Shown: positions 14,671 through 16,440 of the stretch, one piece after another | How positions within the stretch are numbered: the first letter of the stretch is position 1 | How the letters are laid out: the number at the start of each line of letters is the position of its first letter | Source: a bacterium | Lineage (GTDB): Bacteria; Zhuqueibacterota; Zhuqueibacteria; Oceanimicrobiales; Oceanimicrobiaceae | Length of the DNA stretch: 16,440 bases | Direction: 5' to 3' | NCBI GenBank assembly: GCA_046757165.1 | Contig: JBHHXT010000103.1 | Span: 1 to 16,440, forward strand | The notes under the pieces: generated by a model | The model's database searches: none | What the model was told of the DNA's origin: nothing | The model's input: the letters and a program-made list of their open reading frames with translations, nothing else | Program-made: the position numbers and the translations under genes

Positions 14671-16440
14671 TCAGGCAGTCACGGTTCCGGCAGCGCTGGA
14701 ACGATGGACCAGAAAGACGCCCAATGCCGCCACCGAAATCGTTGTGAGGACGACGAGCGGAGAAACAGGCGCCTCGCCCGTGAGCCAGCCGAAATGTGCT
14801 CCAAACTCCGGGTAAGACAAGATCAGCACCGCCAGGCCATTGTTGAGCGAATGGCCGATGATGGAAAGATAAATCGACCCGGTTTTGTAGACGATGAACG
14901 TGAAGTACAGACCGACCAGCGCGGTGGGAACGAGACGGAAAATGTGGATGTGGAAAATCCCGAACAAAATCGCAACGCTCAGGACGGCAACTGTCGGGGA
15001 CATCCGCTCTTTAAGAGACGACAAAAGGAGACCCCGAAAAAGAAGCTCCTCACAAATTCCGGGTGAAACAGCAAAAACGAACAACCCAAGTGCAGGATGT
15101 ATTCCCGTACTCTGCAGATTCAATAGTTTCTCCATAACCTCGCCGATCCTGGCCGATTCTGGAAACAGTTTGACTTGCAGTTGAGCAACCCAAACGGTTA
15201 AGGCCAGCCCCGCAAGGGTAATCAATAGCGTTCCCAGCAAAGCCATGGCGGAGAAACCTTTTAAACAGAGAGCTGTGCGATAATTCACTTTGTTGTACCA
15301 GATGGCCAGCACGACCGGCAGGAAGATCAACAGCCACTCCGTGATGAACAGGCCCCAATGTTTCAACCGCAACTGCGCCAGCGGGGCCAGATAAAAAAGC
15401 AAGACCAGGATGAAAGAGAGCACAAGCATCGCGTTCGCCGGCTGCAAGACGTGCTCGGGTGTGATTTCCGACCGGCGGAACGAAAACTGCCAGCCCTTCC
15501 TTTCTGCAAAGAGGATTTCTTCGGCATTGAAGAGCTTTGAAAAAATCAGAATCGCCAGAAACGCGAACACGGTGTTGGATAGAAAGACTGCAAAAACCAG
15601 TTCCGTGGTCATCGTCTGTAGCAGCACCTCTTTGAACAGCAAAGCCACATTGAGGATGGGAATCAACGCCAGGAAATGTGTCAACTCGATGCCCGGAGCT
15701 AAAGCAAAGAACGCGGGCATCATAAGAACAAGGTAAAACGGCGTGATGAGGTTCTGGGCGTCCTTGAAAGAACGAGCAAAAAGACTGATGGACAGCATGA
15801 GCGCGCTGATAAATAAAGCCAGTGGCACGATGGCGAGGAAGAGGATGAGCACCACAAGGGGTGAAAACGCAAGCTCCAGCTTTCCGGAAAGCACGCCCAA
15901 GTGAATAAACCCGACAGAATAGGCAAGTGACATGGAAAACAAATTGAGAAATCCCGTTATGCATGCAACAGTGGAGACGGTGAGAAACTTGCCGAGCAGA
16001 AGCTCCTGCCGCGAGACTGGAACCGTTAGAATGGTTTCCAGCGTCCCCCGCTCTTTCTCACCGGCGGTCAAGTCGATGGCTGGATACATTGCGCCCAACA
16101 TCAGCGTGACGATGAGCAACAGCGGGATGATGAACCCAAGCACCATGCCGCCCATGCGAGCCGGACTGGCTGTGTTGACCTCTCTGACGCCGATGGGATC
16201 CAGCACAGCCAGATCAACCGCTGCTTCCCGCAACATGCGTTCTTGCAGGGTCCTCTTATAGATTTGCACAACGTTCTGCAGCCGCTCCCTCGCCAGACGG
16301 GAACGGTCCATGGCCGCATCAAAACAGATAAAAAGCGAGTCCAGGGATGCGAAGCGTTTGATTTCCAGATACGCCTGGATCGTCCCCGCCTTATGGCGGC
16401 ACTGCGAACGCTACGAACAAACGATTCCATGAATAATGCA
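14671..16440 (-). CDS. NatB-like ABC-2 permease fused to a CPBP (CAAX/Abi) intramembrane metalloprotease domain; 5'-partial, with an apparent frameshift near 16390
   Basis: Permease motif YPAIDLTAGEKERGTLETILTVPVSRQELLLGK and FARSFKDAQ; CPBP motifs GICEELLFRG, FGIFH and HSLNN. The frame stays open upstream of 16311 as far as a TAG at 16411-16413. Confidence 0.85.

Noticed and set aside
455..16261. Numerous antisense and alternative-frame ORFs in the track (e.g. 2018-2782 -, 3885-4691 -, 15050-15964 -)
   Set aside because: They are shadows of well-supported genes in GC-rich coding DNA and carry no recognisable motifs.

Overview
Bacterial (diderm) chromosomal window with 12 complete or partial protein genes on the + strand and one on the - strand. 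The left part holds the 3' end of an outer-membrane beta-barrel gene, a secreted cupredoxin-like protein, a lipoprotein, dimethylarginine dimethylaminohydrolase, htpG, a bifunctional nucleotidyltransferase/CDP-alcohol phosphotransferase (IPCT/DIPPS-like) overlapped by an HD-domain gene, and a PLP fold-II Ser/Thr dehydratase-family gene. The most notable element is a tightly packed four-gene operon (9509-14278): a stand-alone 7TM_transglut-type membrane protein, a non-canonical Ddl-like ATP-grasp ligase, an AlgE/alginate-export-like porin and a KamA-family radical SAM 2,3-aminomutase. By inference it is a pathway that makes and exports a beta-amino-acid peptide or polymer. A near-identical 27-bp palindromic repeat brackets the operon, and its two soluble enzymes both end in an ssrA-like -LAA. 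Intergenic regions contain several different REP/REPIN-like inverted-repeat families. The window ends inside a NatB-like ABC permease/CPBP fusion gene with an apparent frameshift. All family calls come from motif recognition by eye; no searches were run.
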